From Haliotis rufescens (lineage: Eukaryota), in contig NW_025964372.1 in the NCBI RefSeq assembly GCF_023055435.1, forward strand, positions 38,626,001 through 38,690,000: a DNA stretch of 64,000 nt, in the 5' to 3' direction. A model generated the notes under the pieces. That model made no database searches and was not told the DNA's origin. It saw nothing but the letters and a program-made list of their open reading frames with translations. This document shows, one piece after another, positions 26,466-39,900 of this stretch (its first letter is position 1; every line of letters starts with the position of its first letter). The position numbers were made by a program, and so were the translations under genes.

Positions 26466-27014
26466 CGTGTTTGCACGGGCTCCGCGTGAGATTTAGGAGC
26501 ATGCACTCGTCTCACCTAGACATTGGTCACGTGCTAACGCTGCCGAGAATCGAACTGAAAGAAATTGCCGACATTTCTGCCTTCTGTGTTTTCTCAAATA
26601 TCGAATCTATGCAAACGTGTGTTCATAAATATGCATACGCTTATTGTCTGTCATACTTTAAGATGTCTAGTTCTACGAAGACATTTTGCTTATGAAGATA
26701 TCAATAAAATCGACTTGCATGTATACTGTTATATTCATGTAATTGTGTTTTACTATGCAGAAGAAAATGAATAGGTAGAACCTGACGCTGGAGCTATCTG
26801 TCCAAGTTTGCAACGATACTAATTCATTTCCTCGTGGGTGGGTCTCTCACCCTTGTTTCAAAATGCCTATGATTTTTTATGACGTCACTTCGAGTGTTTT
26901 GGGTGTACATGTATAGGCCAGACAAATGTAATTACATTTTTACGGATTCTAATCGCAAATACCTTAAGGAAAGAGGGAAAAACTAAACATAAAAATAGCT
27001 TTTGGTTTTAATGA

Positions 27015-27285
27015 AGCAGCGATCCGGTTTGCTAGACTTGCCCTGGTCTAAATCGATCAGCGATCACTCCTCACTTACATCCAGTTTGCTAGACTTGCCT
27101 TGGTCTTTATCTAGCTGCGATCTCCCCTCGCTTACATCCAGGCTGCTAGACTTGCCCTGGTCTTTATCTAGCTGCGATCTCCCCTCGCTTACATCCAGGC
27201 TGCTACCCTTGCCGTGGTCTAAATCTAGCAGCGACCGTCCTCTCGTTTACATCAAATTTGCTTGAATTGTCCTGGTCTAAAAATA
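27015..27285. repeat. Second array of the 57-bp repeat (~4-5 units)
   Basis: Same unit as 15370-16970. Confidence 0.85.
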
Positions 27286-28131
27286 TAGCAAAAAGCAATT
27301 GTTATATTATGACTGAATTCTTCTTTTGTTTAGTGAAACGCTGTCCGTTCGCTTCAGGTGAAGTCTTCATTGAGCAGGTTGTCAACATGCCAGTGTAACT
27401 GCTCACTTGGACTGTATACAATGGCTAAAACCAGACAGGTGTGTTTCTTGTATATAAAACGTTAACGCCGGACAGTAAACAGTCTTGATAGTCCGTGGAA
27501 ACTGGTTCCAGTTGGCGTAAAAGGCAAAATAGCTGTGAAAAATATATGAATGGATTACTGAAGATCAGTGATGACACCAGGTGTTCGCGAAAAGGTTAAC
27601 CTGTCCTGTCCTACCTTTAGCAAGTAATAAAACAAGTGAGTGATTGAGTATGGTTTTACGCCGCTTTTAGCAATATTCCAGCAATATCACGGCTTGGGAC
27701 ACCAGAAAGTAACTGCATCAGTCTGACTTAACAAACATTTGGAAAGATGGTATTTTTATGCAAATGGTAACGTAATTCCAGGTCTTGATAGGCTGGATAG
27801 AAAGCTCCATCGTTGCGTGTGAAGTCTGTAAAACACGGAACGGACGCCCCCCACCGCTAGTCAGTTTTATTGACATCACATTGTGTAGACGTGTTGTTAG
27901 TTGGTATTGTGTGCTATGTGCCATTGTTAAATAAACACGTGAATATATATAAAATATTTTAGGCTTTTTGCTGCCTGGAAGTGCTTTGGTACTGCATTCC
28001 GATCGTGATGAATGTTGATGCATGTCAGTAGACTGCAGGCCGTGTCTCGATACAGCGTCTGCTCGGAGAGGGAAAATCGGTGGTTCATGCCAGAAATATG
28101 TTGAAAAATGGTACTTAGGGCATTAAACAAT

Positions 28132-28450
28132 GACCGCCTCCGTGGTCTAGTGGTAGAGCGTCCGCCCGGAGAGCGGAAGGTCCGGGGTTTGATCCCCGGC
28201 CGCGTCATACCAAAAGACGTTAAAATATGGAACTTGTTGTTACCATGTCTGGCGCTCGGCATTAAGAGGCTAAAACAAGGACTGGTCGCCTCGGAGTCAG
28301 TATACTGTGTCTGAGTGGGATATCCATGTGAAATTGCGGCATGGTATCTCAGTGGGCTAGCACTAGAAAATCAGCATCAGTCAAGACAAGTTCAAGCAGC
28401 CGCACAAACGCGCACGTGCAGTATTCTGAAAGGAGATTGAGACCCATTTC
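28132..28450 (+). mobile_element. tRNA-derived SINE family D
   Basis: Head GGTCTAGTGGTAGAGCG...GGTTTGATCCCC then GTCATACCAAAAGAC; inverted copy at 31810-32043; decayed copies near 46465, 51950, 54060 and 59985. Confidence 0.8.
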
Positions 28451-28744
28451 ACATTACTTTATTTATAATTACCAGTGTACTGCGATAAGTACCATGCTTA
28501 TTAGAACGTATGTAGAGATAATGTGGTATAGCAGAGGGCAATAATTCCAGGAACAAGAGAGTTGTAACTTTATAAACAGAGTATGTCACAAGTAGGATAA
28601 GAACACCATGTGATATTTTACGTGCGCATCGTATGGTCATAAAAGGAACAGTGGACGACCACGATCCCTATTGGTCAAGTTTGCTCTTATAGATGACAAT
28701 CTGATAGCACTATGGAATAAAAAACCCAACTCATCATAGCATCA

Positions 28745-28990
28745 ACCCGTGAAGATCCGTGTTGGAAGAGGTCGTCAGCAACCCATGCTTGTTGTAAGAG
28801 GCGACTAACGGGATCGGGTGGTCAGGCTTGCTGACTTGGTTGATGCATGTCATCGTATTCAAACTGCGTGGATCGATGTCCTTGATATCAGTCACCGGAT
28901 TGTCTGGTCCAGGCTCGATTATTTACAGACCGCCGTCATATAGCTGGAATATTGCCGAGTGCGGCGTTTAACAATGATCAAACAAACCAA
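28745..28990 (+). mobile_element. SINE family B
   Basis: Core GTAAGAGGCGACTAACGGGATCGGGTGG; tail GCGGCGTT. Confidence 0.8.
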
Positions 28991-29408
28991 GAAAATTATC
29001 AGTAGGTATTTACAGTGTTTTGACTAAACATTAACGACGGGTGATCCCCGAACATCGCGAGATGGGAAAACATGCTTGGGGAACTAATGTTTAAACCTTC
29101 ACCACACACTGAAACGACTTTCAGCCACCAGACACCCAAACTACCGTTAACACCACAGTGAGCATTAACAAGACGACCGGAAGTCACCAACATGACCTTT
29201 TCACTACTACCAGGGACTGGACAACTGTGGTCAAGTATACGGCAACGACATCTACTCCAAATGAATGAAAGGCATTACGACATCTTGACCACAAGCAAAA
29301 GACAAAATAAAGATAGGACTTCGGCCGGACTCCACACCATAGTGTAACTGTTCTGTTGTGGAATATTGAAGGTTCTAGCAGCAAGATAAACGACGCATAC
29401 TTTTTAAC

Positions 29409-29600
29409 CTTGGAGGAAAGCCCGAAGTGATGCAGGTCTCAGACCTTTATCACTTCAGTGAAACCAACGAGCACGGATATGGTGCTGAGAAACCTAGAAA
29501 CATAATCGGGGCGAACCGGGATTCGAACCCACAATCATAGGTTTCTGGCGTATCCAAGGGACGCAACTCTGCACAGGGAATCGCGGCGCCTTAGACAACT
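29409..29600 (-). mobile_element. SINE family C inserted in a LINE endonuclease remnant
   Basis: Reverse complement of the 14950 copy; upstream 29341-29408 reads SVTVLLWNIEGSSSKINDAYFL, resembling an APE N-terminus. Confidence 0.7.
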
Positions 29601-31113
29601 TTCGATGATTTTGTGAACAAGTTTGGTCGAATACTTTTAAAGTTTTGTTGTATCTTCAAACTGACCAGGGCTGCATTTTGATAGATTGTTTCATAGCTTC
29701 ACATAGATGGTTTAAATATTTTAAGTCAGCGTAGGTTTATAGACAGCGTGGTCGAAGTAAGCATATGCCACTAATTTTCGAATGTAATGGAACAGATGGA
29801 GATATTTTTATAACAAATGAGGTCAGTTTATGTTGGTATGAGTTAGATGGCTTGCCAAATATACTTTTGTACAAAAAACATATTTATATCAGAGAGGTTC
29901 AGTACTTTTAAAACAGGAATAAGCGAGCGCTCCTGTGACACCTACATTAATTTTTCTACAAGACGCGGGCAGAATAAGAGTTATCGTTCTTGTTTGAAGT
30001 AGTTCCAGTGTTCATACGCCAATACCGGAATCGGACGAGTTGGTCACGAATGTGGTAGATAAGGCTATATTCTTTTAAAACCATTTAATAATACCGTTCG
30101 AAGTTGAAACATTATACAATATACTATGTGTTATTTGTGGCGATGTGTCACAGGCAGTGGTACAAACAAACATCGGACACAAGAGAGTGTGTGCACACGA
30201 TCCCACAACACTGTTCTCGGCAATCACTTGCAGATACTACTGCACCACCATACGTTATAACCGTAGTTTACTGTATTCCTGAAATATCACGACGGGATTT
30301 CGTCCTTGCAATTGGATATTTTACGAGCGGTCATTTAATAAGCAGGTTATAATTGGCCAAATTCTCGTTTTTGATTTTGCCAATACGAGCAGTCATCCCG
30401 ATTCAGGAGCATAAAGAAACAGATCATGAAGTAGATGAGACTATAGTTGCCCTTGGGGGTGCCTACTGGCTGCTTGAATTTCATATCCCCAATTTCACAT
30501 AGATTTTGTTTCTGCGTGGAAACTCCACCTATGTTTGTGGGGCGTCTCCTGTGGGATTCGCGTTTGGAACAGGGTCAAAGTAACCCCTCCTTGTAACAAG
30601 CGACTAAATGGATCGGGTGGTCAGACTTTGTTGTTTGATAACGTGTCATTGTACCCGACGGCATGGGGCGTTACTCATAATATCAACCACTCGTCTGACC
30701 TTGTTTTCAAAATCAGCCATTTATTGTCTGACCTATATTATTTTCTGGCTGCTGTCAAATTGCTAGAATATGTCTGAATGCGACGTTAAACAACAAACTA
30801 ACAACAAAACATATAATCGCTTCTTTCTCCTTGCTCTGAAGCTAAAGTAAAATATCCTCTTGCGTCCTGTACAAGCCGCGCCTCACTTCTTCCGGTTTTA
30901 GTGGGACAGGAGATTCATTCGTGTCGTACGAGACAACTCAATTGACTGTGTGACCTGGTTGATTGTGTGTTATCTTGGCCGATGACCATCTTCCCGAGGC
31001 AAGGGCTTTAACTGACTACAAAAGTCCAGTTTCCACCCTTGCCGAACTAGGCTGGAATTCTGGTGTTACATTTTGGTTCAACCAGTGAACTTTGAAAACT
31101 AACTCATTTACTG

Positions 31114-31192
<79 letters not shown>

Positions 31193-31755
31193 AAGGGGAG
31201 GCGTTATGTTGCTGGAAGACATAAAACATATAAAATATAGTACAACGCAGAAATTTGCAAAATGTATGCAGCTGGAATACAAATATATAATTTTGAAACT
31301 AGCCCAATCACAACGACCTACATACAGTGTTTTGGCATGTCGGGGGTGTTATATGGTGTCAGATATGAAGGTTGTGTTTGGTTTGCTCGTTCTTGGGATT
31401 CCGGGTTAGAATTGATCACTGCAACTTGTGCTGTCGTAAGAGGCGACCAAATGAATAGGGTGGACTGGTTAGGCATGGATCACTGGTTTGTCTGGTCCAG
31501 ATTCAAATAATTTACAGACCGCCACCATATAGCTGACATATTGCTGGAAACAGTGTCAAACAACAAACAACATGTCACGCATGCCAACGCACTGCTGTAA
31601 ATCGGTGCATTCGATAGACCTTTACCGAATACCCAATTCAAACCAACCTTTCTGTTATATGGAGACATCATATCAGGTGAAATAGGGTGTAACGTCGCGT
31701 TCAAGATTATTGCACTTAATAGCTACGTACGTGCGTGCATGCGTGCGTGCGTGCA

Positions 31756-31786
<31 letters not shown>

Positions 31787-31809
31787 TTGTACTAGTCCGG
31801 ACGATTTAA

Positions 31810-32043
31810 AATTGCTAGCCCACTGAGATACCATTCCGCAGTTTAACAAGAATACCCCACTCAGACACAGTATGTGACTCCGAGCCGACCACTTTTTTTA
31901 TTTTATCCCCTCAATGTCTCGCGCTAGGCAGGGTAACAACAAGTAACATCTTTTAACGTCTTTTGGTATGACGCGGCCGGTGATCGAACTGCCGACATTC
32001 CGCTCTCCGGGCAGACGCTCTATCACTAGACCACGGAGCGGTC
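31810..32043 (-). mobile_element. SINE family D
   Basis: Reverse complement of 28132-28370. Confidence 0.8.
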
Positions 32044-32331
32044 TGGAAGATTCCACAGGACGTCCATACTTATTTTCACAGTTCTGTTACCTGACCTATT
32101 TATTTCACTTGTATGTTTTTTGCTGTTAAGGTCATGAAATCTGGGCTGAAGTCCAACAGGTGGTGTATGGCGTATCCTTCTCACATCAAAGTCACAGAAT
32201 CGGTTATTTCAGAACGTTTATTTATGCAAAATAATGGCCGCCAGCCATATTAGACCACATTCAAGTTTTCAATAAGTATTTGTATGAAATGCATATTAAT
32301 TCCTTCATTATATATTTTGTATATTATTATA

Positions 32332-33835
32332 TACTCAACAACCAAAGTTCCTGTGACACAAATATTTTAGTGAATTTTTCAAACAAATAAGTTTGGTTTT
32401 CAATATCGAAGTACATGTATGGAATTAAGTCACAATAAAGCAACTGCTACAGAAAAGCATGCATTCCATGCAACAGTTGACTTTTATGCAAGCCCCATGC
32501 ATTTCATTACCCAAGAATGGGTATAAAAACATGTGCGTTAACGGGATTCCATATGCATTGTTAAACATCGTGCTGACAACAACCACTCAGAAAAACAACA
32601 AAATTACGCAATTTTTCAACATTACGAAATGCCACGCCTGTCCGAAAATAAGCGTCTGCGAGCCATTGGTATGCTTGAAGCAGGATAGAGTCAACGTGAT
32701 GTTGCATGACAATTTAACGTCCACAGAAACACCATTTGGTGTTTATGGCAACGTTGGCAACAGATGAATGCAATCAGAGACCATCCTCGGAGTGGCAGGC
32801 CACGCGTAACCAATAATCGACAAGATAACTGGATTCGAACAACACACCTACGAAATCGATTCCAGCCAGCAACAGTGACTGCAAGAAGCACCCCTGGCCT
32901 TCGATGAATATCTTCACAAACCGTAAGTCGCCGCCTCAGATGTGCAGGTATTGTCGCCAGAAGACCCACTAAACGTCCCATTTTGACAGGAAACCACCGT
33001 TAAGCACGTCTACAATGGTACAGAGAGCGTCTACGCTGGACGGCCATGCAGCGGGGACAAGTTCTATTCACTGACGAGTATCGTTTTCACCTCAGCCAAG
33101 GCGATGGACGGATTCGAGTGTACCGACGTCGAGGTGAACGTCAATCATTGTGTCATGGAAGAAGATCGGCTCGGGGGCGGCAGTGTTATGGTATGAGGTG
33201 GGATTACAGCAAGACAGAGGACCCGTTTTATAGTGGTAGAGGGAAATCTCAATGGACAGCGCTATCGCGACGAGATCATCGGCCCTGTTGTTCAACCGTT
33301 TTTGCTTCGTCATGGCCCAGGCATTACCTTTCAACATGACAACGCCCGGCCTCATTTTGCTCGACTTGTTCAGGATTCTCTTCAAGAAAACAACGTGAAT
33401 GTCATCCCCTGGCCGGTTCGCTCCCCTGAAATCTCACCTATCGAGAACATGTGGGATGAGATGGATCGGCGCCTTCGACGTCAACCACGGGTTCCACAGA
33501 CACTCCAGGAACTTCGAAACATGCTCCAGCAGATATGGACAGATATCCCACAGGACTTTGTGCGACGCCTGGTCCATTCCATGAGACGAAGATGTGTTGC
33601 TTGCATCGCAACCAGAGGTGACACACACGCTATTGATTAATAAAATGACATTTTGTCATGTTCATGTTCTTTATATGAAATCACGCATTTTCTGAAGTCA
33701 GTGTGGCAAATTAAACCATTTGAACACGTACAGAAGTCTTTTCCTGTTGCAAACCGAAATTGTTTCAGATTTGGTAAAAAACATTACTTTGAATTAAATC
33801 TTATTCAATGTCACAGGAACTTTTGTTGTTCAGTA
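32332..33835 (+). mobile_element. Full-length Tc1-type transposon
   Basis: 27-bp TIRs TACTSAACAAMAAAGTTCCTGTGACA-like flanked by TA; internal transposase. Confidence 0.93.
32629..33640 (+). pseudogene. Tc1 DD34E transposase pseudogene
   Basis: MPRLSENKRLRAIGMLEAG*...RSGRPRVT...VLFTDEYRF...FQHDNARPH...WPVRSPEISPIENMW; several stops and frameshifts. Confidence 0.92.
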
Positions 33836-33942
33836 TATCATATTGACGTGCATGTATGGAACTGGAACACGGACACTAATCTAGGAAACGGTCATGACCT
33901 ACAAACAGCGTCTAGTCACGTCAGTTATTGTGTGCTGACAAG

Positions 33943-33982
33943 ATGATAGTGTTGGTGTTGTTCAGCTTAGGACTTTCAACAG
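33943..33982 (+). CDS. Signal-peptide exon (MIVLVLFSLGLST+g)
   Basis: Hydrophobic N-terminus; donor CAG|GTACGT in phase 1 fits exon 35335; Inr-like TCAGTT at 33921. Confidence 0.75.
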
Positions 33983-36900
33983 GTACGTGTTTCCAAAACT
34001 GTATCTGAACATTTCCTTATTCCTTGAATTGAGGAAGAATATTTTTGTCTGTTTATTGCTTAATAATAGTAATATTATTGTACATACATGTAAGTTTTGT
34101 TGTTTAACGCCGCCCTCAGCAATATTCCCGCTATATGACGGCGGTCTGTGAATAATCGAGTCTGGACCAGACAATCCAGTGATTGACATCATAAGCATCC
34201 CTCTGCGCAATTGGTTGGTTGGCTGGTTGGTTCGTTGGTTAACGCCGCACTCAGCAATATTCCAGCTATATGACGGCGGTCTGTAAATATATCGAGTCTG
34301 GACCAGACAATCCAGTGATTAATACCATGAGCATCGATCCACGCAATATGGGATCGATTACATGCATCAACCAAGTCAGCAAGCCTTTTACGACAATCTT
34401 AGTCGCCTATTCATGCTAGTTTGGGTTGCTGAAGACCTATTATACCACGGATCTTGACGGGTCCCATATATGTAAGTAATCGAGTCTGGCTTCATCAACC
34501 AGTGATTGATATTATGGGTACGGCCACGCCTTAAGGGTTCGAACTCGCCATCCGTTTAGTCCTTCTTACCACAAGCTTTGTAAATACCCGGAATAACTCG
34601 GAATCACAACGGATGTGGCCGAGTTATACTAATACGTCACCATTATCTGACGCGTACTCTAAATTTTCCCCGAGATTCTCTAGATACAGGAGGCATCAAA
34701 GAGTGACCGAAGGTGGAGTTACCATCACATTTAAATCCGATTGTATCCGATTTGTAGCTCGCCGCAATCAATAGGAAGTTGATGTGACTGATCTAGCGGG
34801 GATACAGCTGTCTTGATAGCATGCTCGATTGTACCTTAAACCTTTTGAAATGTAGACACAAAAGGCTGGAGTATATTGCTCGACATAAAGGGAAAGTTGA
34901 AGTCATCCTGTCATGCAGTCTTGTGGGAATACATTTGTGACTCTGAATTTCTATGCATCGATCTAAATATGAAACAGATGAGGCGGGCTCTTTTTTTTCT
35001 CGTTCAGGTGGGTAAATCAGTGGAAGGAAATTAGTTTTTTGACCATTAATGAACGATATTAGATGACCGATACACATGAAGCTTAAGTGATGACTTTTGC
35101 CAATCCGAGCAGAAATTAATAATTTTTATGCATAAAGAAACATATCTCCAAGATGGGGAGCCCCATTGGTTCCCATGGGGATGCCTTAGTTAAACTTCTC
35201 TTGGCCATTTCCCGTGATTTTTGTTTTTTTTCAAATCCAAGCAGACATTAGGTCCTCAAAGAAACAGATCATCAGGAAGCACAATATCTTCGGGAAAAAT
35301 TCAGTAACATGCTGTTTTTCCCCTTCTTTTTCAGCGGCCTCCCTGGACTGCTACAATTGTAATCATTATGATGTTAACAACGTTCAGCATTCTTGTCAGG
35401 TTTTGAAATGTAACAAAGGAGAGGTCAGTTTTTCTCTTTTATAACCCATAGCTTTAGTATTAACCAAGTTCATATAAAAACGTATGCGCACTAGTGCATT
35501 TATCACTTCACGTGCACTAGTGTATCGTTTACGTCATCCGGATGGACCCGTGAAGATCCGGGGTAGAATAGGTCTTCAGCAACCCATGCTTGCTGTGAAA
35601 GGCGACTTTGCTTGTCGTAAAAGGCGACTAACGGGATCGGGTGGTCAGGCTCGCTGATTTGGTTGATGCATGTCATCGATCCCAATTGCGTGGATCGATG
35701 TTCACGATGCCAATCACTGGATTGCTGGTCCAGACTTGATTATGTACAGACCGCCGTCATATAGCTTGGATATTGCTGAGTGCGGCGTTAAACAACAAAC
35801 AAACGTCATCCGGATGGTATTTTGGACGTCATTCGAATCTTATTATGACGTAAGGTCGAAATGACATCTCATTAGAACCGACGTCATGGCTGAAGATTGT
35901 TGACGTCATTCAACAATTGTAGTTCTTAAAGACGGCGGTGGTTATCAGTGCTTTTTTTTAAGTGGAGCTCAAAGGGATTACGAAGGAATGGCTAATAAAT
36001 AAATTATCACACTCGCATGTGAGGGATGCTTCGTTCACGTTACAAAATATCCATAGAAACATGGAGGTCACGAATCGGTACATTTGTAACTCCTAGAGGA
36101 CAACGACAAGTAGAGACAGTTCTCTCCTGCACCTCGACGGCGGAGTGGACAACAGGAACCTACATGTCCTACGGTCTGATGTTGTGTACAACACTACTTC
36201 TCACGAGCTAGTATTTGGGATCTACTACAGCATCGGCGATGCAATCGGCATTACCTACCCTCATACCATCATCATCGTTGTTCTCAGAAGGTGAGATTTG
36301 TGAACATGTCTACAAACAATCGACATTGTTTACATACCGAAATCTGAACAATACCTTGGAATTTAGGCGACAGCCATTTGTGACACTTATCTATCTCTCC
36401 GGAGATATTGAACTTAATCCTGGACTTAAAGGAGATAACTTTGATGAGCTAAAGTGTGCAATAATTGAACAGATAAAGGAATCGGAAGCTAGATTAACTC
36501 AAAATATTGAATCTGTTAAAGCTGAAATCCAGACAATCAAGAACGATGTTCGTGAACTTCGAGACGAGGTGAACAGCAACAAAGAAGAACAGGCAATCTA
36601 AAGGCTTGATATTGATGCTGTTTCCGATAGAATAGATGCTATTGATGGTTATGGCGATGGTGTTAACAGTTTGGAGGAAAGAGTTGAAAGTCAAGAACGA
36701 CATAGTAGAAGAAACAATTTAATTCTTTATGATGTTCCTGAAGGAGATAGTGAGTCCTATGATGCATGCAGGGGATATTATTAACAGAGATAGAAAAATA
36801 AAGAAAACAAACTTCCCCAGCTAGTGTCAAGAGATGTTGAACGTGCACATAGACTATCTATAAGGGAAGATAACCAACCACGCCCACTCATAGTGAAAAT

Positions 36901-39900
36901 GACTCATTGGATGGGCATGATGCAAGGGGTGAGCATGAGAGGTACTAGTATACTGAGAGAGATGGGATTCGGGGTTGCTAGTGACCTAACGTACGAGGGG
37001 CGTTCAATAAGTTTTGCAACTTTAATATAAGACCAAGTCGCAGAATATCTTTTGCACTTTTACTTTTCAATATTATCCCCATTTACCTCAATACACTTAT
37101 TCCATTTGTCCTTCAAGCTTTTAATACCACTTTTATTGAAATCCGGGGGCTAAGTCACGGGGGGCTAAGTCTGGGCTGTACAGTTAAATCACCCACCCTA
37201 CAGCCCAGACTTAGCCCCCAGTGACTATTTCCTGTTCCGGCAAATGAAATCTGCCCTAGGATGACGAGGACCTAGAGGCTGCCACAGAGGCGTTGTTAGA
37301 GGGCCAATCTACGGATTTCTATAAAAGTGGTATTAAAAGGCTGAAGGACAAATGGAATAAGTGTATTGAGGTAAATGGGGATAATATTGAAAAGTAAAAG
37401 TGCAAAAGATATTCTGCGACTTGGTTTTATATTGATGTTGCAAGACTTATTGAACTCCCCTAGTATAACCAACGACGTGAACGTAACAGATTACGCGCTG
37501 AAAATCCTAATAAAAGGTTTTTCTTCAAAGGAGGAAAAATTGCCCAGGACATAAAACGTGACGCAGAGAGAAGAAATGGTCCTGCACAGACTCAGGATAG
37601 TGATGTTAGACCAAAATATGGTGGAACCAGGAACAACGGTAATCGGAGGCAGGGTGAAGAAAACAGAATTGACTTTCGGCCTCGATCACTCCGCCCCAGC
37701 ACGAGAAAGAAGACAAACAATAGAAAGGGGGTGGCCCGGGCCAAAATGATTGGAGGCTGTGTCAAACAGGTTCACCTACAATTCCCCCTTTGTTGATTGG
37801 GTCCATAAAATTTAATTTCTGGAACGTGTCTGGACTAAAATCCAAAGTAGACGATTGTGAATATATTACCTTTGTTAACTTATTCGATATTATCGGGCTA
37901 ACTGAAACATGGTTGAAGGAGACAGATTTGGGTGGTTTATTCAGTGGTTTTACTATACACACAAAGGTTGGTGAGCGGATATCTACCCGGGGACGACACT
38001 CAGGTGGTTCAGTAACAGTATTAATCAGAAACAGTTTAGCACTTGTGAAGCGGACCAAAGTGTGTGGGAGTGGTATACTTATTTTACTAGATAAAGAAAT
38101 ATGTGGTCTAAAGAAAGACGTATTATATGCATGTGTATATATTCACCAATAACCTGTTACGTCAATGCAAAAAAGGCATCTCATTATTACAAGACGATCT
38201 GTTGCATATGCTTTCTAATTGTGACAATGTGTATGTTATCATCGGAGGTGATTTCAACTCTAGGACTGGCACACTACCTGATTTTGTTGAACACGATATT
38301 CTTGAATACATGGAGGGTAATGATTTATAACGGGTTGGAGTTTCTGTTGGATAGTTTTAACATGAAACGATTTTCGGTAGATTCAACTATAAACAGGTTT
38401 GGTAAATGCTTGTTAGATATGTGCAGTATTCTAAACATCCATATTATGAATGGAAGATGTGGATCAGACGCGGGTGTAGGGGATTTCACTTTTATAGGAA
38501 ATCAAGGTGCGAGCGTGGTTGATTAAATAATATGTTCATCTGAGTTGTTTAATATATGCAGTAGATTTGACATACGCTCACGTCCTGAGTCATCACATCT
38601 TCCACTCACAATGGATTTACGTACGTTTCATAAAAACTGAACAGATTAAAAGTGATCAAATTATTAATGAATCTTTCAGATTTACATGGGTCCACGATAG
38701 AGCTGAGAACTTTAGATATAATTTGACATCAGATGAAGTATCTTATTTACTTGAAAGGGCAGTAAATACAGCATTCGTTAGCATCGATGCTAGTGTAAAA
38801 TATATCACTGAAGCCTTATAAATGGCTGCATCAGATATGAAGAGAAAAGTTTGCATTAAGAAACCGCATCGTCAGTGGTATGAAAGTTGTTGTGAGTTAT
38901 TTAAAAAAGAAAGATGTAGATGTTGAAATATATTTCGAAGGAAAAAAGATTTGGTTTCATTGGACAATTACCAACGCATCCGGAATCAGTATAACGAAAG
39001 ATGTAGAAAAAAGAAAGCTGAATATTATGAAATGAAACAGGAACTTCTTGAGAAAAAACATTCATAATTTTAAAAAAGTATTTTGGTCAACTCTTAAAAA
39101 GCTAGGGACAACTCCACACAGTCATAATAATATTAGTATCGAAAATTGGTATGATCACTTTAAAAAAGTACTCACGAGACTCCGATGACGAGTGATGAAA
39201 TAAGAGAAAACATTTCTCATCTTAAAAATGGTAAATCAGCTGGATATGACAAACTTATATCAGAGTTTTTTAAACATTCTATAGATATCCTTGTACCATA
39301 TCTAGAGTTGATTTTTAATATTATGCTGGAAACATCATATTTTCCTGAAGACTGGGCACTTGATATAATCGTCCCTCTCCATAAACAGGGTTCAGTGAAT
39401 GATACAAATAACTATCGAGGCATTGTGTTATCCAGCATTTTTAGCAAAGTGTTCATATATATTCTAGGGCTGATACTTACGAAAAGATTAGTGAGTCTCA
39501 GTCTGGTTTCAGGCAAGGATACTCGACAAATGATAATATATTTAGGTTGCAAACAACAATACAGAAGTACCAGTAGATTTCTCTAAAGTTTTTTATTCTG
39601 TTAGCAGAAATAAATTATGGTCACTTTTCAAAGCACATGGTCTCAGCATTAGAATTGGAAAGTTAATGTGCTGCATGTATCCAAATGTGAAGGTTTGTGT
39701 GCGAAATAACGGTACTGTGTCTTACACATTTGAAAACAAAATTGGCGTTAAGCAAGGGTGCATTTTACGTCCGTTTTTGTTCTCTTTCTTTTTCAATGAA
39801 TTAGCTCAACAAATTCAGCAGAACTGTTCTGATGACATCCTACTTCACCCGGAAACTATTATTAGTTATTTTTTTCTTTTGTTTGCCGATGATATAGTAA

